This document shows, piece by piece, positions 28,965 to 37,514 of a stretch of DNA of 64,000 nt. The notes below the pieces were generated by a model that was not told the DNA's origin, ran no database searches, and was given only the letters and a program-made list of their open reading frames with translations. A program made the position numbers and the translations under genes. The first letter of the stretch is position 1. Each line of letters opens with the position of its first letter. Origin of the DNA: an uncultured Lachnospiraceae bacterium (GTDB lineage: Bacteria > Bacillota > Clostridia > Lachnospirales > Lachnospiraceae); the NCBI GenBank assembly GCA_964528295.1, contig CAZGRM010000001.1:4206-68205 (forward strand), given 5' to 3'.

Positions 28965-29821
28965 CTGACCTCACCTCCTGCCTTCAAAAGCTCCCGGTCA
29001 GCCTCCTCCTTCACTCCCAGGGCCTCCGCAAGAAGCTCCGTAAAGTAGTAAACAGGAAGCTCCGGCTCTCCCTCGCCGTCCGCCGCCCCGCAGCTATGGG
29101 CTCCGCCGCCGTTGATCAGGTTGTAGCGGCACAGGGGACAGGCTGTGATCAGCGCCTGGGCTCCCTTGTAAACCGCCGATTCCCGGATCCGGTCCACCAT
29201 GGCGCCGGACAGCTCCTTGTCCTTCAGGGAGATGTAGCCGCCGCAGCACTCGTTTCGGTAGGGGTAAACCACCGGCTCCGCTCCCAGAGCCCGGATTAGG
29301 TCCTCCATAGTCCTGGGATTCTCCGGATCGTCAAACTCCAGGATGCTGTTGGGGCGAAGCAGCAGGCAGCCGTAGTAGGCGCCGATTTTTCTGCCGGTCA
29401 GAGGCTTCACCACCTTTTTCTTCAGCTCATCGAAGCCGATCACGTCCCGCAAAAGCTCGATGAAATGGATCACCCTCGCCTCCCCGTGATACTCCTGGCC
29501 CTCGCCCTGGTAGTTGTTGGCCTTGAAGGCAATCTCAGGCACGTTTTTCATGTCGTCATTGACCCGCTTCAGTACGTGATGACAGGCCGAACAGACAGTG
29601 ACCACATCCTGCCCCTTTGCCGCCGCCTGGCGCAGCGTCCGCACAGAGGAGAGCTTTGTGGCAATCTCGTCGCTGCCCAGGGGGTACACCCCGCCGCAGC
29701 ACTGCCAGTTTTCAATCTCTTCCAGCTCCACTCCCAAAGCCCTGGCGGAAGCCCTCGCGTACGCGTCAAGCTGCTTCGCCTTTGTCTTCAGGGTACAGCC
29801 GGGGTAATAGCTGTAAACCAT
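28961..29821 (-). CDS. hdrB: Heterodisulfide reductase subunit B
   Basis: YYPGC, WQCCG, CSAC, YYGCLL, ECCG, ACPLC (two CCG domains). Confidence 0.93.
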   Translation of the reverse strand: MVYSYYPGCTLKTKAKQLDAYARASARALGVELEEIENWQCCGGVYPLGSDEIATKLSSVRTLRQAAAKGQDVVTVCSACHHVLKRVNDDMKNVPEIAFKANNYQGEGQEYHGEARVIHFIELLRDVIGFDELKKKVVKPLTGRKIGAYYGCLLLRPNSILEFDDPENPRTMEDLIRALGAEPVVYPYRNECCGGYISLKDKELSGAMVDRIRESAVYKGAQALITACPLCRYNLINGGGAHSCGAADGEGEPELPVYYFTELLAEALGVKEEADRELLKAGGEVR

Positions 29822-29991
29822 ACTCTCTTTTTCCTTTCTTAATATTTCCGCATTTTTTTCCGCCCGCTCTCGTCCAAGGAAAAATTTCCCGGACACCTCC
29901 ATTTTATGTAAGACAAAGCAGGACTCTCTTCCCAACTCTCATGCTGTCCGGGAGATCCTCCTGCTTGCTTGCCTTCGCTGTATTGATCTGG

Positions 29992-30939
29992 TTATAGGTT
30001 AATCTGAGCGATCACATCCTTCAGGACGTTTGCGCTGTACTGCAATTTTTCCTTCTCTTCGTCGGTCAGCTCAACCTCCAGCTTTGCCTTTACTCCCTCC
30101 GGTCCTACCAGAGTCAGTGTACTGATACACACATCCTCAATCCCATATTCGCCGTGCATCATGGAGGACACAGTCGCCACCGAATCGCTGGATGCCATCA
30201 AAGTGGAGCAAAGCTTGCACACGGATGCCGACACTGCGTAAAAAGTAGCGCCCTTTCTGGCGATAATCTGCCCGCCGGATTTGTGCACATACTCCGTCAT
30301 GGCGTCCTTATCCAGGGGCTCAAACTCCATCTTGCCCTTCATCAGCTCCTGGTAGGTATCCAGCTTCGCTCCTGACACATCGGCGCAGGACCAGGGCACA
30401 AAGGAGCTGTCGCCATGCTCGCCGAACACGTAGGCATGGATATTCTTCTGGGCAATCTGATAGTGCTGAGACAGACCATAGCGCAGTCTGGCCGTATCCA
30501 GCACGGTACCGGAACCGATGATATGGTTCTCCGGGATCCCGGAAATCTTGGTGAACACGTAGGTCATCACGTCCACCGGATTGCTCACGATCACATAGAG
30601 AGCATTGGGGGCCGCCGCCGTGATCTGCGGTGTGATCTCTTTCAAAATATTTACATTTGTCTGAGTCAGCTCAATTCTGGTCTGGCCGGGTTTCCGGGCA
30701 ATGCCGGATGTGATAATTACAATATCAGAATCCTTCGCGTCCGCGTAATCTCCCGCTATGATAGAAACCGGATCCCGGAAAAAGGTACCCTGGGCAATGT
30801 CCATTACCTCTCCTGCCACTTTTTCCTTGTTGATGTCAATCAATACGATTTCTGACGCGCCGTTGTTATCCATCGCCAATGTGTACGCGATGGTGGAACC
30901 AACACTGCCAGCCCCAATAATTGTAATTTTTGCGCTCAT
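29992..30939 (-). CDS. LDH/MDH-family dehydrogenase, probably malate dehydrogenase
   Basis: GAGSVG, NPVD, LDTAR, GEHGD; mobile loop ARKPGQTR carries Arg at the specificity position. Confidence 0.85.
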   Translation of the reverse strand: MSAKITIIGAGSVGSTIAYTLAMDNNGASEIVLIDINKEKVAGEVMDIAQGTFFRDPVSIIAGDYADAKDSDIVIITSGIARKPGQTRIELTQTNVNILKEITPQITAAAPNALYVIVSNPVDVMTYVFTKISGIPENHIIGSGTVLDTARLRYGLSQHYQIAQKNIHAYVFGEHGDSSFVPWSCADVSGAKLDTYQELMKGKMEFEPLDKDAMTEYVHKSGGQIIARKGATFYAVSASVCKLCSTLMASSDSVATVSSMMHGEYGIEDVCISTLTLVGPEGVKAKLEVELTDEEKEKLQYSANVLKDVIAQINL

Positions 30940-30962
30940 GTGATCCTCCTTATAATATGGAT

Positions 30963-31020
30963 TTGTTATTTTTTTATCAATTTCGTTATTATTTTAACAA
31001 TAATGTCGTTCTATTGTCAA
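30963..31020 (-). promoter_or_regulatory. SigA promoter with two tandem Rex-like boxes
   Basis: Minus strand TTGACA-N18-TAAAAT with TG extension; boxes TTGTTATTTTTTTATCAA (30963-30980) and TTGTTAAAATAATAACGA (30983-31000) versus clostridial TTGTTAANNNNTTAACAA. Confidence 0.7.
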
Positions 31021-31180
31021 GTTCTATTCTATGGAAAATCCCGCTTATAATACATTTTTTTTCATCAAAAATGCCGGAACACCCTGAAAAAATGGAAAAA
31101 AACAGGCCGCCAGTCAATTTGGAGGTCTGTTTTTCCCCTATTTTTGTCATTTTATCCAATTATTCTCCGGGAAGCTCCGC

Positions 31181-31906
31181 CTATCTGCTGTCCCCGCTCC
31201 CCTCTCTCAGCTTCCGCAAAATCCGCTTTTCCGCCCGGGATACCTGCACCTGGGTCATGGAAAGGCGCTGTGCCACCTGTACCTGAGTCAGGTCCTCAAA
31301 GTATCTCAGCTCAATGATCTGCCGCTCCCCCGGCTCCAGAAGGGACAGAAGCTCCCGAAGCAGCATCCGGTTCAGCAGCTCCTCATTCCGGTCCTGACGG
31401 TCCGGGAGCCTGTCCCCCAGCAGCACCGGCTGGCCGTCGCCGCTGTAGATGGTCTGGCTTAAGGACTCCACATCGGAGACGGCCTCCATGGCCAGCACCA
31501 GCTCCTCGGGGCTGATCCCCGTCTCCCTGGAAATTTCCTCCACGGTGGGCTCGGCGCCCCGGCGCCGCTCCAAAAGCTCTCTGGCCCGGAAGGCCCGGGC
31601 CGCCGACTCCTTCAGCATCCGGCTCACCTTGATCATGCCGTCATCCCTCAGGAAGCGCTGAATCTCCCCGGTGATCATGGGCACGGCGTAGGTGGAGAAT
31701 TTCACCTCAAAGGTCAGGTCAAATTTGTCCACCGCCTTCATCAGGCCGATGCTTCCGATCTGGACCAGGTCCTCCCACTCGCAGCCCCGGCCCTGAAAGC
31801 GGCGGACCACGGTGAAGACCAGGCCCATATTTTCCTCTATCAGTTGTTCTCTGGCAGCTTTATCCCCCTGGTGTACCCGCTGAATCAGCGCAAGGGTATC
31901 CTCCAT
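31181..31906 (-). CDS. sigF: RNA polymerase sporulation sigma factor SigF
   Basis: DLVQIGSIGL, KFSTYAVPMITGEIQRFLRDDG, QVQVSR; third gene of spoIIA. Confidence 0.93.
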   Translation of the reverse strand: MEDTLALIQRVHQGDKAAREQLIEENMGLVFTVVRRFQGRGCEWEDLVQIGSIGLMKAVDKFDLTFEVKFSTYAVPMITGEIQRFLRDDGMIKVSRMLKESAARAFRARELLERRRGAEPTVEEISRETGISPEELVLAMEAVSDVESLSQTIYSGDGQPVLLGDRLPDRQDRNEELLNRMLLRELLSLLEPGERQIIELRYFEDLTQVQVAQRLSMTQVQVSRAEKRILRKLREGSGDSR

Positions 31907-31916
31907 CCGCCAGTCC

Positions 31917-32513
31917 CTACCTTTCTGCCGGGCATCTGCTCCCCGGTCCCGGCGCCGTCTTTCCTTCGGTGGAAACACCTGTCTTTTCCCTGTCTCCGTC
32001 CGCTTCCTCCTCCGGGTTCCGGTTCCATCCCCCTGGCTGCCCGGTGTTTTCCTCCTGCTTTTTCCGGTAGCCTCCCGGTCCCTCCGGGGCGGGGCGGCCT
32101 ATGCGCTTGGTCATCCGCACCCGGGTGCCCCGGCCCAAAGCGGAGTCCACCTCCAGGGAATCCATAAAGGCCTCCATGAAGGCGAACCCCATGCCCGCCC
32201 GGTCACACTCCGCCTTGGTGGTAAACAGGGGCTCCATGGCCAGCTTCACATCGGCGATCCCCCGGCCCTCGTCCATCACCTCCACCCACAGCTCCTCCCC
32301 CCGGATCCGGCAGAGAATGGTGATTTTCTCCACCCTCCCCTCGTAGCCGTGGATGATGGCGTTGGTCACCGCCTCCGACACCGCCGTCTTCACATCCGCC
32401 ACCTCCTCCAGTGTGGGATTGAGCTGCGTCATAAAAGCGGCCACCGCCACCCGGGCAAACCCTTCATTGCAGGAGCGGCTGTCAAACTCCAGTTTCATTT
32501 CGTTTTGCTGCAT
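31917..32513 (-). CDS. spoIIAB: Anti-sigma F factor with about 55-aa C-terminal extension
   Basis: NEGFARVAVAAF, SEAVTNAIIHGY, GMGFAFMEAFMD. Confidence 0.95.
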   Translation of the reverse strand: MQQNEMKLEFDSRSCNEGFARVAVAAFMTQLNPTLEEVADVKTAVSEAVTNAIIHGYEGRVEKITILCRIRGEELWVEVMDEGRGIADVKLAMEPLFTTKAECDRAGMGFAFMEAFMDSLEVDSALGRGTRVRMTKRIGRPAPEGPGGYRKKQEENTGQPGGWNRNPEEEADGDREKTGVSTEGKTAPGPGSRCPAER

Positions 32514-32526
32514 TTTTTTCTCCCCC

Positions 32527-32862
32527 TTATAACAGTTTCGATTGCCTCGGCGTTCCCTCGTAGATATCGATGACCTTGTATATCCCGGAAAGCATCAGGA
32601 TCCGGCGCATCCTCTCCCCCACGTTGATGGCGGCCACGGTGCCTCCCATGAAGCGCATGGTCTTGTACCTCCCGATGAGCATCCCGATTCCTGAGCTGTC
32701 CATAAAATCCGTGTCCGAGAAATCAAACAGTACCCGGCGGATGTTTCTCTGCCGGATCAGGCGGTCCGCCTCCAGACGGATCTTTTCTGAGATGTGGTGG
32801 TCGATCTCCCCGGGAAGGTGTATGGTGAGTGTCGTGCCTGTGATTGTAAACAAATGCTCCAT
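32527..32862 (-). CDS. spoIIAA: Anti-sigma F factor antagonist
   Basis: GEIDHH, FMDSSGIG STAS motifs. Confidence 0.95.
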   Translation of the reverse strand: MEHLFTITGTTLTIHLPGEIDHHISEKIRLEADRLIRQRNIRRVLFDFSDTDFMDSSGIGMLIGRYKTMRFMGGTVAAINVGERMRRILMLSGIYKVIDIYEGTPRQSKLL

Positions 32863-32889
32863 TTTCTGCCTCCTTCATCTATTTTTAGA

Positions 32890-32950
32890 CAAAAAGCGGC
32901 ACACAGAAGAGCTCAGACCTCTCCCGGCCTGTTTCTCCTGTGTGCCGCTC
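32890..32950 (-). terminator. Terminator-like hairpin between the TPR gene and spoIIAA
   Basis: Minus strand AGCGGCACACAGGAGA...TCTTCTGTGTGCCGCTTTTT. Confidence 0.65.
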
Positions 32951-33021
32951 TATGTATCGCTCCGTCCCGGCTTCCCCGGTCAATAGCTCCCACTTCCTCT
33001 CCCGAGTGGACCGCTCTTTGA

Positions 33022-34617
33022 TCACTGCTGGCCCGGCAGCAGATTGCCGTTCACATCGTATTTCAGTCCCGTGTTGGGGTCCACCCACGCCACGTCCGCC
33101 TCGGAAAAGCTCTGATCACCGGTGGTATTGCCCCCGTTTCCGCCCTGCCCCGTGGCCGCGTCACCGAGACCGCTCAGATCCGCCGCGTTCGCGTCACCGC
33201 CGGATGTGACGGGATCTCCGGTAATATACTGTTTCGCCAGCGCCGCGTTATCCGTGCCCGGATAATACTCTACCACCTGACTCAGCACCTCGTTGGCCTT
33301 GCTCTGATCTCCCAGATTGTAATAGGAAATGCCAAGACACAGCAGAGCCTGAGAGTAATCGCCGCTGGTCCTCTGGGGATCCGCGTCTACCGCCTTCTGG
33401 AGCTGCTCCGCCGCCGTGGTGTAATTCTGGGCCAGATAAGCCGTGGCCCCCGCATTGTAATACTGGCTGAACAGACTGGTGGACACCGCTCCGGCCATGG
33501 CGTCGTACAGGGCCTTGGCGTTGTCCTCATAGGCTTCCCCGTCCAGGGCCGCCACAGAGTTGGCCGCCGAGGCGGCGTCGCCGCTGACGTACAGGCTGGC
33601 CACCGCCAGCAGATCGTCGTAGCTCTCCACCTTTGCCAGGGCGTCGTCCCGCTCCTGCTGGGCCTCCTCCACCTGCCGCGTGTAGCCGTCTATCTCCTCC
33701 TCCAGCTCCTGGACCCGCACCGACTCGGTGGCCAGCTTTGTGTTGGCGTCCGTCACCTTTTTGTTGGCGTCATCGTTGACGGACTGGCGGTTGGCAGGCA
33801 CCACCAGAAACCAGACGATGGCTCCTCCCAGCAAGATGCCGAGAATAATATTGATAAAGGTGGCTATGGTGGAGCTGTCCCGGAAGGTGGTGGGCTGGAT
33901 CACCATCTCGGTGCCGCTCATGTACCTCAGTGTCCCGGACACGCTCTCCTCCGGCTTTTCCTTTTCGTATTTCTTGTGCTTCCGGTTCAGGCTGGTGCTC
34001 TTGCCCGTCACATCCTCGATCTCCTGGAGATAGCGAAGGGTGGTGGTATTTGTGGTGTCGATGTGGGCCGCTTTTTTCAGAAGCTTTCTGGCCCTCTCAT
34101 ACTCCTGGCGCTTCATGTACAGAAGGGCCAGCAGCTGGTAAGCCTTCACCAGCTTGGGGTTCTGGCTGATCACCTTTTTCAGCTGGATGATCGCCATGTC
34201 CTCGTTGTCCTCCCGGCAGTACATCACAGACTGGTTGTACTTGCGGATGGTCTGGTTGATGGTGTCCAGCCGGTTTTTGTTGGACTGGAGCTGGTCAATG
34301 TAAGAATCCGCCAGATTATTCTCCCCCCGCATATTTTTGCTGATGACCCACTCGCAGAGGGCGGACACCGCCTCCCCCGTCTCGTAGTAGCAGAGGCCCA
34401 AAAGATTTCTGGCGTCAATGTTCTCTTTGTTGAATTTCAGGCTGCGCTTCAGGCACTTGATGGCGCCCTCCATGTCCCGGACCAGCGCCTTCTCCAGCCC
34501 CTCGTTGTACAGTAGATTGGATATTCTGACAATGCGCTTCTGAAGAGTCACATCAGCTCCGCATCCCGGACAGTAATCAATCGAGGCAAGAGGAGCGTTA
34601 CAGTAAATACATCTCAT
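33022..34617 (-). CDS. Membrane-anchored tetratricopeptide repeat protein with N-terminal zinc ribbon
   Basis: CIYC...CPGC, TPR helices, one TM (INIILGILLGGAIVWFLVV), coiled coil, C-terminal TPRs. Confidence 0.85.
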   Translation of the reverse strand: MRCIYCNAPLASIDYCPGCGADVTLQKRIVRISNLLYNEGLEKALVRDMEGAIKCLKRSLKFNKENIDARNLLGLCYYETGEAVSALCEWVISKNMRGENNLADSYIDQLQSNKNRLDTINQTIRKYNQSVMYCREDNEDMAIIQLKKVISQNPKLVKAYQLLALLYMKRQEYERARKLLKKAAHIDTTNTTTLRYLQEIEDVTGKSTSLNRKHKKYEKEKPEESVSGTLRYMSGTEMVIQPTTFRDSSTIATFINIILGILLGGAIVWFLVVPANRQSVNDDANKKVTDANTKLATESVRVQELEEEIDGYTRQVEEAQQERDDALAKVESYDDLLAVASLYVSGDAASAANSVAALDGEAYEDNAKALYDAMAGAVSTSLFSQYYNAGATAYLAQNYTTAAEQLQKAVDADPQRTSGDYSQALLCLGISYYNLGDQSKANEVLSQVVEYYPGTDNAALAKQYITGDPVTSGGDANAADLSGLGDAATGQGGNGGNTTGDQSFSEADVAWVDPNTGLKYDVNGNLLPGQQ

Positions 34618-34772
34618 GGATTCCCCTGCCTTCTGTTTTTCTTTTCTTCCTTCATCATTTCCTTCAGAATATCCGTCACATCCGTCAAGTCACGGCTGTA
34701 GATGGCGTCCTCCGCCTCGTTTACATCCATGCTGGGATGGTACTTTTTCAGTTCCTCTTCGTAATTAATCAT
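34614..34772 (-). CDS. Small hypothetical protein (52 aa)
   Basis: MINYEEELKKY after AGGAGA RBS; stop overlaps the TPR gene start (ATGA). Confidence 0.7.
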   Translation of the reverse strand: MINYEEELKKYHPSMDVNEAEDAIYSRDLTDVTDILKEMMKEEKKNRRQGNP

Positions 34773-34795
34773 CTGTACTCTCCTTACCCTTTCCG

Positions 34796-36091
34796 TCAAA
34801 GCCCCCGCAGAACCGCCTTAATCTCCCCCACCAGGTAAAGGGATCCGGCGCAGAACAGCATTCCGTCTCCCTTTTTCTCCAGGGCCAGCCTAAAAGCCCG
34901 CTCCACATCCGGCTCAGGAATCACCTGGGCCTCTGTGTATCTTCGGAATACCTCCGCCAGCGTCTCTGCCGGAACCACCCTGGCGCCGTCGATCTGAGTC
35001 ACAACGATGGAGGTGGGATGGACCTCCTCACAGATTTCCCGGATCATTTTCTCGTACTCTTTTTCCACCACCGCCGAGAACAGCAGGGACACGCTCCCTC
35101 GCTCCTGCGCGCTCACCACGGTGCGGATGAATTCCCGGATGCCGTCCGCGTTGTGGGCGCCGTCCAGCACCACGCCGGGCAGTACCGTCTCCATCCGTCC
35201 CTGCCACCTGGTATCCCGAATCCCCTGCCGGATCGTCTCCTTTGAAATCTCCCGCCCCGGATCTATGGCCCGGACCGTCAGAACCGCCAGGGAGCTATTG
35301 GTGATCTGGTACTCCGCCAGATAGGGCACCGTGATCTTCATCCTTTCTGTTTTATCATACCTGTTCTCCAGAATAAAATCAATGCTTTTGTCCGTTTTAT
35401 CCAGGATTTCACACATGGAACCGTCGTACCGGTAGGCGGGGGCCCCCTTCGCGGCCGCTGTCTCCAGGATCACCTGCTCCGATTCGGGATTCCGGCCATC
35501 GTAGATCACCGGGACGCCCTCCTTGATGATCCCCGCCTTCTCCCGGGCGATCTTGGCCACGGTATCCCCCAGATACTCCATATGGTCCAGGCTGATGGTG
35601 GTCAGCACTGTGGCGATGGGGCGCTCCACCAGGTTTGTGGCGTCCAGCCGCCCTCCCAGGCCCGTCTCCAGCACCAGATACTCCACCTGCTCCCGCTGAA
35701 ACATCAGAAGGCCCGCCGCGAACAGTAGTTCAAAGTAGGCCGGGTGGGCGAAGCCGTCCTCCACCATCCGGTCCACCACCTCCTTCACCTGGCAGAAGGC
35801 CCAGGTAAACAGTTCCCGGGATACCTCCCGGCCGTCCACCTGGAACCGCTCGGTGATATCTACCAAATGGGGGGAGGTGAAGAGTCCTGTCCGCTTTCCC
35901 GCATGTATTAATATGGAAGAAAGAAAGGCGCAGACAGAGCCCTTTCCGTTGGTGCCCGCCACGTGGATCACCTTCATCTCCCGCTCCGGATGCCCCAGCC
36001 TGCGGATCAGCTCCAGGGTGTTTTCCGGTTTATTCTTTTTCGTAAATTTAGGGATATTTTCTATGTATTCTACCGCTTCCTCATAATTCAT
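34796..36091 (-). CDS. folC: Folylpolyglutamate synthase/dihydrofolate synthase
   Basis: HVAGTNGKGS, FTSPHL, ETGLGGRLDATN, LDGAHN, GSLYLVG. Confidence 0.95.
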   Translation of the reverse strand: MNYEEAVEYIENIPKFTKKNKPENTLELIRRLGHPEREMKVIHVAGTNGKGSVCAFLSSILIHAGKRTGLFTSPHLVDITERFQVDGREVSRELFTWAFCQVKEVVDRMVEDGFAHPAYFELLFAAGLLMFQREQVEYLVLETGLGGRLDATNLVERPIATVLTTISLDHMEYLGDTVAKIAREKAGIIKEGVPVIYDGRNPESEQVILETAAAKGAPAYRYDGSMCEILDKTDKSIDFILENRYDKTERMKITVPYLAEYQITNSSLAVLTVRAIDPGREISKETIRQGIRDTRWQGRMETVLPGVVLDGAHNADGIREFIRTVVSAQERGSVSLLFSAVVEKEYEKMIREICEEVHPTSIVVTQIDGARVVPAETLAEVFRRYTEAQVIPEPDVERAFRLALEKKGDGMLFCAGSLYLVGEIKAVLRGL

Positions 36092-36397
36092 GATTGTTTC
36101 CTCCAGACGCGCGTTCGCAAAGATTTCCTAAAAGATTTCCTATTATCTTATGCCTGACGGCATTATACCACAGCCCCCCTATTATTCAAGAATTTTTTTT
36201 CGCAAAAAGAGGCGGCTCTTACTTATTTTTCCTGGATTTTTGCGGTTTTTCGGTCTTCCTTTAATTTTTCCTTAAAAATTCCCCGCTGCCATTTTCTTTC
36301 TCTTGCCACCCCCAATAAATGGTGCTATAATCAACCCAGTTGCAGGATGGCATCGCCCGATGTTATCAATATTTTAACCAGAAAGGAATTTGGGATT

Positions 36398-37372
36398 ATG
36401 AAGAAGAATTTATTATTTGGCCTGGCAGTATTAGGGACCGCTTCCATGCTTTGCGGTTTCGACAGCGCTCAGACGGCTGACGACGTGCTGAATAACATGC
36501 AGCAGGCGGAAACGGATATGCAAAGCATGAGCATGGACATGTCCATGGATGTGGATGTGGCTGTGAATGTGGGAGACGGTACCACCACCTCCACCATCGC
36601 TGTCGCGGCAGGCGGAGATTTCAGCATAGACTATATTCTGGATCCGATGGCTATGAGCATGGAGGGCAGTATGTCTCTTTCCACCTTCGGTCAGAATGAG
36701 GATATTACCATGAAGATGTACGCCGTGACCAATGAAAACGGCGATTTCGAGACCTATACATACACTGCCGATTCCACCTCCGGAGAAGAGGGATGGGTGT
36801 ATGAGGAGTCTGAGGGCATGGACATGAGCCAGCTTATGGAGCTGTCCAAATCCTTCACCGCCGACACCTACAAGGAATGGGGGATCACCTTTGAGCTGGC
36901 TCCCGAGGCGGCCGACGTGAACGGCACCGAGTGCTATGTGCTCACCACCTCTTTGGATTCCGACACCATCAGCACTATACTGAACAAGGTAACGGAGCTG
37001 GCCGGTGAAGCGGCGGTTTCTCAGGATGATCTGGATCTGGCGACGAGCTATATGACTTATCTGAACGGCCTGAAGATGAACCTGGAATACTACGTTGACG
37101 CTGCCACCTACGTGCCGGTAAGCATGCACATCGATATGAACGGCAGCGATCTTTCCGCTCTGAACTCTCTCCTTGGCCTGGCCATGGGAGGCTCTGAGGG
37201 TACCTCCGTGGAGCTTCAGCTGAATGTCTTCTCCATCGACTGCACCATGTCCTATGATGACGTGACTGAGATCACCGTACCTCAGGAGGCGTTGGACGCG
37301 GTGGCATCCGGGGAGGCTACTTCCGTGAATGATATCGTTTCTGAGCTGGAAGACGCCGCAGAGGCCGAGTAA
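36398..37372 (+). CDS. Exported acidic beta-rich protein (DUF6612-like)
   Basis: Signal peptide MKKNLL...ASMLCGF, alternating M/D beta strands, terminal YDDVTEITVPQEA. Confidence 0.7.
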   Translation: MKKNLLFGLAVLGTASMLCGFDSAQTADDVLNNMQQAETDMQSMSMDMSMDVDVAVNVGDGTTTSTIAVAAGGDFSIDYILDPMAMSMEGSMSLSTFGQNEDITMKMYAVTNENGDFETYTYTADSTSGEEGWVYEESEGMDMSQLMELSKSFTADTYKEWGITFELAPEAADVNGTECYVLTTSLDSDTISTILNKVTELAGEAAVSQDDLDLATSYMTYLNGLKMNLEYYVDAATYVPVSMHIDMNGSDLSALNSLLGLAMGGSEGTSVELQLNVFSIDCTMSYDDVTEITVPQEALDAVASGEATSVNDIVSELEDAAEAE

Positions 37373-37385
37373 GCCTGACTTCTTT

Positions 37386-37452
37386 CAGGACTGACGCCAA
37401 ATCTGTTTCCGCCGGCATCGGCGGGGCGGTTTGGCGCCGGTCCTGTTTTTTA
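37386..37452 (+). terminator. Intrinsic terminator
   Basis: CAGGACTGACGCCAAA...TTTGGCGCCGGTCCTG followed by TTTTTT. Confidence 0.75.
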
Positions 37453-37514
37453 TTTCCGCTCGAAATGGAGCATGACCGCATCAGGCCGCGATTTTTGAAT
37501 TCTGGAGGTGTACC

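Noticed and set aside
26137-29821. Methanogen-derived DNA or selenocysteine recoding in hdrA/mvhD
   Set aside because: Composition matches flanking genes; ORFs are uninterrupted with Cys at the relevant motifs
32885-33088. 67-aa ORF between the TPR gene and spoIIAA
   Set aside because: Overlaps the TPR gene end and a terminator hairpin; no RBS or motif
36119-36142. AAAGATTTCCTA x2 direct repeat upstream of folC
   Set aside because: Only two short copies and no linked regulator; could be simple slippage
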